From an uncultured Peptococcaceae bacterium (GTDB lineage Bacteria; Bacillota; Desulfotomaculia; Desulfotomaculales; Desulfocucumaceae), in the NCBI GenBank assembly GCA_964530215.1, contig CAZHAJ010000001.1:1-45192 (forward strand): a DNA stretch of 45,192 nt. Direction: 5' to 3'. A program made the position numbers and the translations under genes. The notes under the pieces are model-generated. The model saw only the letters and a list, made by a program, of their open reading frames with translations. It searched no databases and was not told the DNA's origin. Below are positions 1-8,174 of this stretch, one piece after another (the first letter of the stretch is position 1; each line of letters begins with the position of its first letter).

Positions 1-365
1 ATGGATACTAATATTTCTGTAGTATTATTGAACCTTCTAAAAAAGAAATCCGGTAATGTAATTAGATTCATTCGATTCATTGGCTTTGCATAAAATAATC
101 CTGTTATTAAGAGACAGACACCGACTCCACCTGATAAAACAACGCCTGCCCAAAAACCTCCGGTGAATGCTTGACTAGCACCTCCTACAGTTCCGTTAGA
201 CTCTGCAGCCTGGGCAAAAAGCATGGTACCAATTATGAAAAAGGGGAGACTTTTTCCTGCAATAATAAAACGTTTGCCACTTTTTTTAACTAAGAAATAG
301 GTAAGGCTGCCGACAGAAGTAAAAATAACCAAGATAATCGCCAGACCGATTTGCATGCTATTCAT
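1..365 (-). CDS. Sodium:solute symporter (SSF) family transporter, N-terminal ~121 codons; the gene runs off the window start
   Basis: Absent from the ORF track because the window edge truncates it. My reverse-complement translation from ATG (365-363) reads MNSMQIGLAIILVIFTSVGSLTYFLVKKSGKRFIIAGKSLPFFIIGTMLFAQAAESNGTVGGASQAFTGGFWAGVVLSGGVGVCLLITGLFYAKPMNRMNLITLPDFFFRRF, with no stop through position 1. It has hydrophobic TM segments and an SSF/PutP-like N-terminus. A GAAGGAAGG RBS lies just upstream. Confidence 0.6.
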   Translation of the reverse strand, partial: MNSMQIGLAIILVIFTSVGSLTYFLVKKSGKRFIIAGKSLPFFIIGTMLFAQAAESNGTVGGASQAFTGGFWAGVVLSGGVGVCLLITGLFYAKPMNRMNLITLPDFFFRRFNNTTEILVS

Positions 366-400
366 CCTTATAACACCTTCCTTCTATATCTTTAATGTGT

Positions 401-437
401 CACAAGCGCCCTGACAAATTTTTTTTGGGCGCTTGTG
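401..437 (-). terminator. GC-rich 11-bp hairpin between the amidinotransferase and symporter genes (weak terminator, attenuator or processing site)
   Basis: CACAAGCGCCC (401-411) and GGGCGCTTGTG (427-437) form a perfect inverted repeat with a 15-nt A/T loop. No clean U-tract follows on the minus strand, so full termination is doubtful. Confidence 0.25.
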
Positions 438-447
438 TATTAGAATT

Positions 448-1629
448 TTAATAATTAGCTAATTGTTTGGGGAAATAATCTTGTAGACCACCTTCTCTGT
501 GTACATCTAAAGTAGTACAATGCAGTGCGCCACCAAAGGGAACTACATTTTCATAAGGAATAGGAAGAACTTGTGCCCCCAACTTATCTAACTGGTCCAT
601 GTAGGCAGTTTCATGGGACTCTACACAGATTCTGTTTGGTGCTACTGAAAACGTATTCATTGATATCCAAGACTTCTCATTATAGCCGCCAAATAGGTAT
701 ATTTGACTCATATAAGTATGGGCTGGTCTTGCGGCGGGCACCAATTCCCAATCATTTTTTTCAAACAGCTCCCAAAACTCTGGAGTGCGGGGCGCCCAGT
801 CAGGATTGTACATCATTAAGCCAGGTCTAACTATTGTTAGATTTACATCGATATGCCACGGATGGTGGTTAGCTGGCTTTCCTTTCTCTTTAGGGGTGTC
901 AAACTCAACTACGTGTACTCTGATTCCCAACGAATTAAACATGCGCTTAATCCAATCAAATCCACCACGGTTTGTTACCGAGGAGGCTTGTACAAAAATA
1001 TCCTTGCCAAATCTCATAATGTCAGCGGCATCCCATAGTGGTTCCTTTTCAGTTAATTGAAAGTCCCAGTTATATAGTTTTTCTGTTTTTTCCTCATCAG
1101 ACCATACATTGTAATAATAATAGTAATAGTTCTCTTTGTATGATTCATTTGTTAGGCGAGGTTTAGGAGCTGCAAAATGAATAACTTCTGGATCTTCCTT
1201 GAAGTAACGCTCGAAAATAGGTCTAAAATTTAGATACTCATACCAACGTGAACGCCGAGTACCCGTGGCCTCAACTATATAATTACCATGTATTGTGACC
1301 ATGTCGCGAACGTTGTTTACCCCATGGCTGTTTAGCTGTGTCCAGTCCGGTGTGGATACGGGCTTATTTAGCATAAAGTCTTGTATTTCCACTCTGTCCA
1401 CTACAGCCCCCTCTTTTTCCAGTACCTTTACAAAGCCATCCATCTGTTCATTTGCTGCATCCACCATTTCTTGAGGAAAGGGACCGTAGGACCCTAGGGG
1501 GAAGCCGCCATCCGGCAGATCATACCACCATGCAGGTTCCGGAGCGGGGATGTTGGTTCCCTCCGGTCTCCCTACGATTACACGTTTTAGTGGATCCCAT
1601 TCATTCCATGAATTAACTACCTGTGCCAT
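448..1629 (-). CDS. Amidinotransferase of the L-arginine:glycine amidinotransferase (AGAT/StrB1) family
   Basis: The 393-aa ORF is alignable by eye along its length to vertebrate AGAT. Matching motifs include NEWDPL..VIVGR, TPDW, RSRWYEY, APKP, FDAADI.R.G.DIF.Q.S.VTN, the catalytic His in PWHIDV and the catalytic Cys in GGALHCTTLDV. RBS is GAAGGGAG. Confidence 0.85.
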   Translation of the reverse strand: MAQVVNSWNEWDPLKRVIVGRPEGTNIPAPEPAWWYDLPDGGFPLGSYGPFPQEMVDAANEQMDGFVKVLEKEGAVVDRVEIQDFMLNKPVSTPDWTQLNSHGVNNVRDMVTIHGNYIVEATGTRRSRWYEYLNFRPIFERYFKEDPEVIHFAAPKPRLTNESYKENYYYYYYNVWSDEEKTEKLYNWDFQLTEKEPLWDAADIMRFGKDIFVQASSVTNRGGFDWIKRMFNSLGIRVHVVEFDTPKEKGKPANHHPWHIDVNLTIVRPGLMMYNPDWAPRTPEFWELFEKNDWELVPAARPAHTYMSQIYLFGGYNEKSWISMNTFSVAPNRICVESHETAYMDQLDKLGAQVLPIPYENVVPFGGALHCTTLDVHREGGLQDYFPKQLANY

Positions 1630-1724
1630 TAAAATTACTCCCTTCTGATTGTTTATTTATGACCTGGTGAGGCCAATTTTTTAACAAGTTTTAATTAATA
1701 TGACTAAATATGAAAGCATTCGAC

Positions 1725-1853
1725 ATTCATTATATTCATATATTTCACATAAAGCAAGATAAAAATGAATAATATTATTCTTTACATTCATGATGTGGTG
1801 CTGTAATATAGCTATGGGGCATAAATTCTTTTCAGCATGAATATAAATGAATT
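1725..1853. promoter_or_regulatory. Divergent promoter/operator region with repeated ATGAAT half-sites
   Basis: Perfect 14-bp palindrome GAATAATATTATTC (1767-1780). ATTCATTATATTCAT (1725-1739) is nearly the inverse of ATGAATATAAATGAAT (1838-1853). The region is AT-rich and lies between the XRE gene and the amidinotransferase gene. Confidence 0.35.
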
Positions 1854-1879
1854 GGGTAAGAGTGTCTGAGGTGATAAAA

Positions 1880-2080
1880 ATGGGCAGCAATGAAAGTATT
1901 GGTGAAAAAATTCGAAGGCTAAGAATAGCCAGAGGCCTTGAACAGGGGGATTTGGCTTATCGGAGCGGTATTACCCAAAGCCATTTGTCAAAAATTGAAA
2001 ATGGCAGAACGAATACGTCTCTAAGGGTGCTTGAAAATCTAAGCAAAGCACTAAGTGTGCAGAATATAATAATTTTTTAA
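1880..2080 (+). CDS. XRE-family helix-turn-helix transcriptional regulator (short, 66 aa)
   Basis: The segment IGEKIRRLRIARGLEQGDLAYRSGITQSHLSKIENGRTNTSLRVLENLSKAL is a classic Cro/C1 HTH. I moved the start to ATG 1880 because a GAGGTG RBS precedes it; the track ORF starts at 1847. Confidence 0.8.
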   Translation: MGSNESIGEKIRRLRIARGLEQGDLAYRSGITQSHLSKIENGRTNTSLRVLENLSKALSVQNIIIF

Positions 2081-2252
2081 ATATAAAGTGATAAAGGCAG
2101 CAAATTTTAAATTTTAAATATTTAATATTGCTCTAGAACTCGTTCCATGACTGAACAATATGGGGGCAAATACCTGAATCACCGGCCTGGTCGGGGACAG
2201 GCCGATGACTCAGGTAAAAATTTTACCTCGTTTCTAAGTAGTTTCTACTATT

Positions 2253-2278
2253 ATCCTCAGAAAGAGGATTTTTTTTTT
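2253..2278 (+). terminator. Rho-independent terminator
   Basis: ATCCTC-AGAAA-GAGGAT hairpin followed by T9 (2270-2278). Confidence 0.6.
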
Positions 2279-2349
2279 GTATTCATAAACATACAGTTTT
2301 TTTTAAATATTACTGCAATAAATGACACGGTTCCTCTTGTTGGCTGCTG

Positions 2350-2378
2350 TTGACTTCTGGATATTGATGTACTATAAT
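2350..2378 (+). promoter_or_regulatory. Sigma-A type promoter of the leuS leader
   Basis: TTGACT (2350-2355), 17-nt spacer, TATAAT (2373-2378). Confidence 0.6.
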
Positions 2379-2571
2379 ACAGTTTGTTATCTCTAAGAGG
2401 AAAAAGACTTTGAAGGGGAGCAGTAAGCATTCCAAGTCTATCAGAGAGCCGTCGGTTGGTGTAAGGCGGCAGGCAAGGCTGCAGAAACTCGCCCCGGAGT
2501 CTATCGGGAGAAAATTAGCAGGTATCTCGATACGGTTTGCACCGTTATTGGCGTAGAGAGGGTAATACAAT

Positions 2572-2646
2572 GGGGCTGTGGCGCAGGGGGAGCGCGCTTC
2601 CTTGGCATGGAAGAGGCCGCGGGTTCAATTCCCGCCAGCTCCACCA
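2572..2646 (+). tRNA. tRNA-Ala (anticodon GGC), CCA encoded, embedded in the leuS T-box leader
   Basis: Hand-folded cloverleaf. Acceptor GGGGCTG/CAGCTCC includes the G3:U70 alanine identity pair. U8 and A14 are present. D stem is GCGC/GCGC with G18G19. Anticodon stem is CTTCC/GGAAG, loop TT-GGC-AT. Variable loop is AGGCC. T arm is GCGGG-TTCAATT-CCCGC. Discriminator A73 is followed by CCA. Confidence 0.85.
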
Positions 2647-2673
2647 TTTACCAATCAGGGTGGTAACGCGGGT

Positions 2674-2705
2674 AAAGCCCGTCCCTATCAAGGGACGGGC
2701 TTTTT
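2674..2705 (+). terminator. T-box leader terminator
   Basis: GCCCGTCCCT (2677-2686) pairs with AGGGACGGGC (2691-2700). The loop is 4 nt and the stem is flanked by AAA and TTTTT. Confidence 0.85.
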
Positions 2706-2749
2706 GATGATATTAAAAAGTTATTACCATTTATGGAGAGGAGAAATAT

Positions 2750-5230
2750 ATGTTGCCCGAAGATATTTATAATTTTAGTGAAATCGAAAAAAAATGGCAG
2801 AAGTGCTGGGAAGACCAAGAGCTATATAAGATTTCTGATAAAGACGAAAAACCAAAGTATTACTGTCTTGAGATGTTTCCTTACCCCTCAGGCAAACTGC
2901 ATATGGGGCATGTAAGAAACTATTCCATCGGTGATGTGGTATCAAGGTATATGACTATGCAGGGTTACAACGTATTGCATCCAATGGGATGGGATGCTTT
3001 CGGACTCCCTGCCGAAAATGCCGCCATAGCAAATGGGATTCACCCTTCGGTATGGACATACCAAAATATTGACACCATGCGAATGCAGTTAAAGCAGCTG
3101 GGCATTAGTTATGACTGGAACCGTGAAATTGCCACTTGTCATCCTGGGTATTATAAGTGGACTCAATGGTTATTTTTGCAGCTTTACAAACATGGCTTGG
3201 CATATAAAAAGAAAGCTGGGGTAAATTGGTGCCCCTCCTGTGCCACTGTTCTGGCCAATGAACAGGTTAAAGAAGGAAGCTGTGAGCGGTGCAGCAGTGA
3301 AGTGGAAAAAAGGGAGCTTAGTCAGTGGTTTTATAAAATTACACAATATGCCCATCGTTTGCTGGAAGATATGAAGCTGTTAGACGGATGGCCGGAAAAA
3401 GTTAAGCTGATGCAGGAAAACTGGATTGGAAGAAGTGAAGGTGCAGAGTTAAAATTTAAGCTGGCAGATGGTGACGATGTAATCACTGTTTTTACCACAA
3501 GACCAGATACTGTTTTTGGTGTCACCTATATGGTTTTATCTCCGGAACATCCCTTGGTGGAACAGCTCATCCAGGGTAAGTCTCAGGCTGAGGAAATTAG
3601 GCGATTTGTAAAAGAGGTAAAAAACTTAAGTGAAATCGACCGCACTTCTACAGATACTGAAAAGATAGGTTATTTTACCGGAGCATACTGCATTAATCCC
3701 CTTTGCGGTGAAGAAATACCTATATTGGTAGCAAATTATGTGTTATTAGAATATGGAACCGGCTGTGTAATGGGAGTACCTGCCCATGATCAGCGGGACT
3801 TTGAATTTGCGCGAAAATATGATTTGCCCGTCAAGGTTGTTATACAGCCAGAGGGTACAATTTTAAATCCTGATACAATGACAGAGGCATATTCCGGGGA
3901 AGGAAAAATGGTAAATTCAGGCCAGTTTGACGGACTTTCGGACAGCCAGGCGATAATGGCGGTAACCAATTACTGCGAGGAGCAGGGAATCGGTAAAGGT
4001 GTTGTTAATTATAGGCTAAGAGATTGGCTTATTTCTAGGCAGCGTTACTGGGGCGCTCCCATACCCATCATTACCTGTGAGCATTGCGGGGTAGTGCCTG
4101 TTCCTGAAGAGGACCTTCCGGTAGAGCTGCCCACGAATGTGGAGTTTAAGCCCACAGGTAAATCTCCACTGGCAGAATGCCAGGATTTTGTCAATACTGA
4201 TTGTCCAAAATGCGGAGCAGTAGCCCAAAGGGAAACGGATACTATGGATACCTTTATGTGTTCTTCCTTTTATTACTACCGTTATGCCGACGCTAGGGAT
4301 TCGGTCAGGATTTGGGATAAAAAAAAGGTTGATGAATGGCTTCCTGTAGATCAATATATCGGCGGGGTTGAGCATGCAATTTTGCACCTGCTTTATTCCA
4401 GATTTTTTACCAAGTTTCTAAAGGATATTGATCTCGTGTCTTGCACGGAACCGTTTACCAATCTTTTGACCCAAGGAATGGTGTTAAAAGATGGTGCTAA
4501 GATGTCAAAGTCTAAAGGTAATGTAGTAAGTCCTGAGGAGATAATATCAAAATATGGAGCAGATACCGCAAGGCTCTTTATCTTGTTTGCTGCTCCACCG
4601 GAGCGTGATTTGGAGTGGAGTGATCAGGGGGTTGAAGGCAGCTTCCGTTTCCTTAACCGGGTATGGCGGCTGGTGGTTCCTCTGGCAGGTAAGTTAAACA
4701 GCAGTAAGCAGTCGGAAACCGATAAGCTGTCAGGAGTTCACCGTGAAATGCATAGACTTACCCATGTTACTATTAAGAAGGTTACAGATGATGTGGGCGG
4801 CAGATTTAATTTCAATACAGCTTTGAGTGCAATTATGGAAATGGTAAACGGGTTGTATCAATATAAAGATCGTTCGGATGCTGATGCTGACGTTATAAAT
4901 GAGGCGGTGGAGTCATTGCTGTTAATGCTGGCACCCTTTGCTCCCCATATAGCCGAGGAGCTTTGGAAATTAACCGGACGTGGGGGAAGTATTCACAGTC
5001 AGCCTTGGCCTAAGTATAGACAGGAAGCTTTAGTTCAAGATAAAGTGGAGATTGTGGTTCAAGTAAAGGGTAAAATAAAAGATAGAATATGGGTTCCTGT
5101 AGGTCTGTCTTCGGAAGAATTAAAAGAAAATATTTTATCTCAGTCAGGTGTTCAGCAACTTATAAAGGGCTCAGAGATAATAAAGGTGGTTGCCGTGCCT
5201 GGCAAACTGGTTAATATCGTTATTAAGTAA
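2750..5230 (+). CDS. leuS: Leucine--tRNA ligase
   Basis: 826 aa with class I HIGH motif (HMGH) and KMSKS, and LeuRS-typical CP1 and Zn-finger cysteines. RBS is GGAGAGGAG. A Leu T-box precedes it. Confidence 0.97.
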   Translation: MLPEDIYNFSEIEKKWQKCWEDQELYKISDKDEKPKYYCLEMFPYPSGKLHMGHVRNYSIGDVVSRYMTMQGYNVLHPMGWDAFGLPAENAAIANGIHPSVWTYQNIDTMRMQLKQLGISYDWNREIATCHPGYYKWTQWLFLQLYKHGLAYKKKAGVNWCPSCATVLANEQVKEGSCERCSSEVEKRELSQWFYKITQYAHRLLEDMKLLDGWPEKVKLMQENWIGRSEGAELKFKLADGDDVITVFTTRPDTVFGVTYMVLSPEHPLVEQLIQGKSQAEEIRRFVKEVKNLSEIDRTSTDTEKIGYFTGAYCINPLCGEEIPILVANYVLLEYGTGCVMGVPAHDQRDFEFARKYDLPVKVVIQPEGTILNPDTMTEAYSGEGKMVNSGQFDGLSDSQAIMAVTNYCEEQGIGKGVVNYRLRDWLISRQRYWGAPIPIITCEHCGVVPVPEEDLPVELPTNVEFKPTGKSPLAECQDFVNTDCPKCGAVAQRETDTMDTFMCSSFYYYRYADARDSVRIWDKKKVDEWLPVDQYIGGVEHAILHLLYSRFFTKFLKDIDLVSCTEPFTNLLTQGMVLKDGAKMSKSKGNVVSPEEIISKYGADTARLFILFAAPPERDLEWSDQGVEGSFRFLNRVWRLVVPLAGKLNSSKQSETDKLSGVHREMHRLTHVTIKKVTDDVGGRFNFNTALSAIMEMVNGLYQYKDRSDADADVINEAVESLLLMLAPFAPHIAEELWKLTGRGGSIHSQPWPKYRQEALVQDKVEIVVQVKGKIKDRIWVPVGLSSEELKENILSQSGVQQLIKGSEIIKVVAVPGKLVNIVIK

Positions 5231-5237
5231 CATTGAA

Positions 5238-5266
5238 CCCCCTTGACATTGTCAGGGGGTTTCTTT
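5238..5266 (+). terminator. leuS terminator hairpin
   Basis: CCCCC(T)TGACA / TGTCAGGGGG followed by TTTCTTT. Confidence 0.55.
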
Positions 5267-5271
5267 ACAAT
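5243..5271 (+). promoter_or_regulatory. Sigma-A type promoter of the ylxM-ffh operon, overlapping the leuS terminator
   Basis: TTGACA (5243-5248), 17-nt spacer, TACAAT (5266-5271). Confidence 0.5.
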
Positions 5272-5315
5272 CAGTGTGTCAAGTATTTTTCCTTGGCAGG
5301 CCGGAGGAGCCGGGT

Positions 5316-5648
5316 ATGGAAAAAGTTAACTTTATAAATTTGCTATATGATTACTATGGGCAATTGCTCACAGAAAGACAAAGGAAGATAATTGAGCTGT
5401 ATTATGGTAACAACTTTTCCTTGGCAGAGATAGCTCAGCAGTTTATCGTAAGCAGGCAATCAGTTCATGATATTTTAAAGAGGTCAGAGCAGTCACTTTT
5501 TAGATTTGAGGAAAAACTGGGTTTAGTTAGCAATTCATATTTACTGAGGGAAAAGTTGTCTAAGGTATTGGAATTTCTAGATAACTGCAGTGAGACGGAC
5601 ATTCAAAGGGCAAAGCAAATTCTGTCCCAGATAATTCAGGAGCAGTAG
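5316..5648 (+). CDS. ylxM: YlxM (UPF0122) putative DNA-binding protein, ffh-associated
   Basis: MEKVNFINLLYDYYGQLLTERQRKIIELYYGNNFSLAEIAQ... is a sigma-70 region-4-like HTH. It holds the conserved position immediately upstream of ffh. I chose the start at ATG 5316 because of the GGAGG RBS. Confidence 0.85.
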   Translation: MEKVNFINLLYDYYGQLLTERQRKIIELYYGNNFSLAEIAQQFIVSRQSVHDILKRSEQSLFRFEEKLGLVSNSYLLREKLSKVLEFLDNCSETDIQRAKQILSQIIQEQ

Positions 5649-5664
5649 AGATGGGGGTGGGGAC

Positions 5665-7023
5665 ATGGTTTTTTCCGGTTTGGCAGAAAAACTTCAGGAA
5701 ACTTTCCGCAAACTGAAGGGTAAAGGTCGGCTTACAGAGGCAGATGTGGAGTTGGCTTTAAAAGAGGTTAGACGGGCTTTGCTTGATGCCGATGTTAACT
5801 TTAAGGTGGTTAAAGACTTTCAGGCAAAGATAATGGAAAGGTCTGTGGGACAAGATGTTTTGACCAGCTTAACACCGGGTCAGCAAGTTATTAAAATTGT
5901 TAATGATGAGTTGGCTTCCTTGATGGGAGGATCCCAAAGCAAGATTAATATTGCCTCCAAGCCTCCCACCATTATTATGATGGTAGGGCTTCATGGGGCA
6001 GGAAAGACAACTACTACCGCGAAGTTGGCAAATCTGCTGAAGAAGCAGGGACGTCGGCCGTTGCTGGTGGCTGCAGATGTCTATAGACCTGCTGCGATAA
6101 AGCAGCTGCAGGTCTTGGGTCAGCAGTTGGATATTCCGGTTTTTTCAATGGGTGAGGAAATCGGTCCGGTGGATATTGTAAGAGCTGCCAAGGAGCATGC
6201 CGTTACATCGGCAAGGGATATTGTAATTATAGATACCGCTGGGCGGCTGCATGTAGACGTTGATTTGATGGCTGAGCTTGAAGGAATAAAAAAAGCTGTG
6301 CAGCCTCATGAGATTTTGTTGGTGGTGGATTCCATGACCGGGCAGGTGGCGGTAGATGTGGCCACGTCCTTTAACAATTCCCTTGGTCTAGATGGGGTGA
6401 TTTTAACCAAGCTGGACGGAGACACCAGAGGTGGTGCGGCCTTGTCCATAAGGGCTGTCACCGGCTGTCCCGTTAAATACGCGGGTGTGGGTGAAAAACT
6501 AGACGCCTTGGAGCCTTTTCACCCGGATAGAATGGCGGACAGAATTTTGGGCATGGGTGACGTTATGACTCTAATCGAAAAAGCCCAGGCCAATTTTGAT
6601 GCCGATCAGATGGAAAAGCTCAATAAAAAAATTCGTAGTATGGAATTCACTCTGGAAGATTTTTTGCAGCAAATCCAGGAAATTAAAAAACTGGGACCTA
6701 TACAGCAGTTGTTGGGTATGATGCCCGGTTTAGGAAGTGCTAAGTCACTAAAGCAGTTGGGCGATATAGATGATAAAGAGCTGGTTTATGTCGAAGCCAT
6801 CATAAAATCAATGACATCTTGGGAAAGGGAGCATCCACACGAAATTAACGGAAGCCGACGCAAACGCATTGCTTTGGGAAGCGGTACCACCGTCCCGGCA
6901 GTCAATCGCTTACTAAAACAATTTGAGCAGACTAAGAAAATGATGAAGCAGTTTAGTAATGTTGAAAAGACCATGAAGAAGGGCGGAAAGATGTCGAATC
7001 CTTTTATGAATTTAGGTAAGTAG
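5665..7023 (+). CDS. ffh: Signal recognition particle protein Ffh
   Basis: NG domain motifs [15 protein letters not shown] and TKLDGD, plus a Met-rich C-terminal M domain. Confidence 0.97.
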   Translation: MVFSGLAEKLQETFRKLKGKGRLTEADVELALKEVRRALLDADVNFKVVKDFQAKIMERSVGQDVLTSLTPGQQVIKIVNDELASLMGGSQSKINIASKPPTIIMMVGLHGAGKTTTTAKLANLLKKQGRRPLLVAADVYRPAAIKQLQVLGQQLDIPVFSMGEEIGPVDIVRAAKEHAVTSARDIVIIDTAGRLHVDVDLMAELEGIKKAVQPHEILLVVDSMTGQVAVDVATSFNNSLGLDGVILTKLDGDTRGGAALSIRAVTGCPVKYAGVGEKLDALEPFHPDRMADRILGMGDVMTLIEKAQANFDADQMEKLNKKIRSMEFTLEDFLQQIQEIKKLGPIQQLLGMMPGLGSAKSLKQLGDIDDKELVYVEAIIKSMTSWEREHPHEINGSRRKRIALGSGTTVPAVNRLLKQFEQTKKMMKQFSNVEKTMKKGGKMSNPFMNLGK

Positions 7024-7076
7024 TTTTCATTTCGAAATATACTTATAGTTTGATTTATGTTAAGGAGGTGAGATAT

Positions 7077-7349
7077 ATGGCAGTTAAGATTAGACTTAAA
7101 AGGATGGGTGCAAAGAAAAGACCCTTTTATCGCATTGTGGTAGCAGATTCCCGCTCTCCCAGGGATGGCCGCTTTATTGAAGAAATCGGCTATTATGACC
7201 CCATGAAAGAGCCCTCAGTAATCAGTGTTGACCACGAAAAAGCAGCGGACTGGTTGAAAAAGGGAGCTCAAGCCACTGAAACTGTCCGGGCTTTGTTGAA
7301 AAAAGTCGGAGTTATTAATAAGCCTGAGCCTGTTGGGGAAAAGCAGTAA
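7077..7349 (+). CDS. rpsP: 30S ribosomal protein S16
   Basis: [35 protein letters not shown]...; the AAGGAGGTG RBS supports the ATG at 7077. Confidence 0.95.
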   Translation: MAVKIRLKRMGAKKRPFYRIVVADSRSPRDGRFIEEIGYYDPMKEPSVISVDHEKAADWLKKGAQATETVRALLKKVGVINKPEPVGEKQ

Positions 7350-7444
7350 ATATGGTTATGATATCGACACCGCCCCGAGTTTCTAGAAGTTGGAATCATT
7401 AACAATAACTTTTAGTTATTTCGAGGACTAGGGGGTTTAAGCCC

Positions 7445-7672
7445 ATGAAGGAGCTAGTAGAGCTTGTTGCAAAATCCTTGGTTGATCACCCTGAAAAGGT
7501 GAGTGTCAACATGATTGAGAAAGAAAAATCCTGTATCATTGAATTGAGGGTGGACCCTGAGGATATGGGTAAAGTGATAGGCAGGCAAGGGAAAATTGCC
7601 AGGGCTATCCGTGTTGTGGTGAAAGCAGCAGCTACAAAGTTAAATAAGAAGGTAATTGTGGAGATTATTTAA
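7445..7672 (+). CDS. khpA: KH-domain RNA-binding protein (YlqC/KhpA family)
   Basis: 75 aa with the KH motif VIGRQGKIARAIR, in the conserved position after rpsP. Confidence 0.85.
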   Translation: MKELVELVAKSLVDHPEKVSVNMIEKEKSCIIELRVDPEDMGKVIGRQGKIARAIRVVVKAAATKLNKKVIVEII

Positions 7673-7754
7673 TCTTAGTGAGGTAAGCAGGCGGGACAGG
7701 GCCATGGCAAGTTGCCAGGTAGTTTCCCGCCTGAATAACCAAAAGGGTGGAATT

Positions 7755-8174
7755 ATGGACTTTATTACCGTTACCCGTCCAGTCATTGTGAAGGTATTGG
7801 TGACAGCTGCTTATAAAAAGGCTTTAGCGGCAGAAATGCATGGGAAGCTGGCTGAACTGGAAGGTCGAATAGAGCAGTTTGGTTTATACTATAAAAAAAT
7901 CTCTGAATCTGAAAAAAACAATCCTAAACAGTCTGGATTGCAACAAATAGAGGTAGAAATCCAAAAATTGATGGAAAAAAAGGGGCAACTGGCGGAGAGA
8001 CTAAGAGAAGTGGGACAGCTTGCGGAAGGACAGGAAGTGGTTCACGGCCGCGTGGAGAGTTTTGTTGACATAAATATCGGAGATAGATGGGCAGACGTTA
8101 TGTTTTCAGAAGTAATTTTAAAAGACGGTATAGTTGTTGAAATTCGTCAAGGGGGACTTTCCGAAGGGGTATGA
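7755..8174 (+). CDS. ylqD: YlqD family protein
   Basis: A coiled-coil-rich protein of about 139 aa between the KH protein gene and rimM, as in Bacillus ylqD. I chose the start at ATG 7755 (AAGGGTGG RBS) rather than the track start at 7656. Confidence 0.6.
   Translation: MDFITVTRPVIVKVLVTAAYKKALAAEMHGKLAELEGRIEQFGLYYKKISESEKNNPKQSGLQQIEVEIQKLMEKKGQLAERLREVGQLAEGQEVVHGRVESFVDINIGDRWADVMFSEVILKDGIVVEIRQGGLSEGV

Larger units (their letters stand above)
2385..2705 (+). promoter_or_regulatory. T-box riboswitch leader, Leu-specific (CUC specifier), controlling leuS
   Basis: Stem I base pairs GACTT 2406-2410 with GAGTC 2497-2501. GGGG 2415-2418 pairs with CCCC 2492-2495. S-turn AGTAA is at 2422-2426, AG bulge AGAGAG at 2443-2448 and distal TTGGTG at 2456-2461. 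The specifier loop reads GAAA-CUC-G, with CUC at 2488-2490. T-box sequence AATCAGGGTGGTAACGCGGG is at 2653-2672, with the competing antiterminator/terminator downstream. Confidence 0.85.

Noticed and set aside
2147-2353. 68-aa ORF in the XRE-leuS spacer; also tested as a glycine riboswitch or SRP RNA because of GGGGCAA, CACCGG and CUCAGGUAAAA strings
   Set aside because: The ORF has no RBS and runs through a terminator. The glycine-riboswitch-like strings are in the wrong order, and the SRP domain IV motif (GGAA tetraloop, AGCA loops) is absent. I kept the region only as an unclassified structured segment.
2488-2493. GCC (Ala codon, matching the embedded tRNA-Ala GGC anticodon) overlapping the CUC specifier in the leuS T-box
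   Set aside because: In my fold the CCCC at 2492-2495 pairs with GGGG at 2415-2418. That leaves GAAA-CUC-G as the canonical loop geometry. GCC would be half-buried in the helix, so I call the specifier Leu (CUC). The overlap is noted only as a curiosity.
2578-2772. 64-aa ORF (and 2733-2915) overlapping the tRNA-Ala and the T-box antiterminator/terminator
   Set aside because: It lies entirely within structured RNA elements, has no RBS, and its sequence simply translates the tRNA and terminator. I treat it as spurious.
4016-4387. Numerous 60-140-aa alternate-frame or antisense ORFs inside leuS, ffh, nuoD (14648-15061), nuoL (18365-18679), nuoN, recJ, relA (33288-33674), hisS, aspS, rarA, iscS, iscU (43770-44105) and mnmA (44720-45143)
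   Set aside because: All are nested within strongly supported conserved genes and have no independent signals. I treat them as frame shadows.
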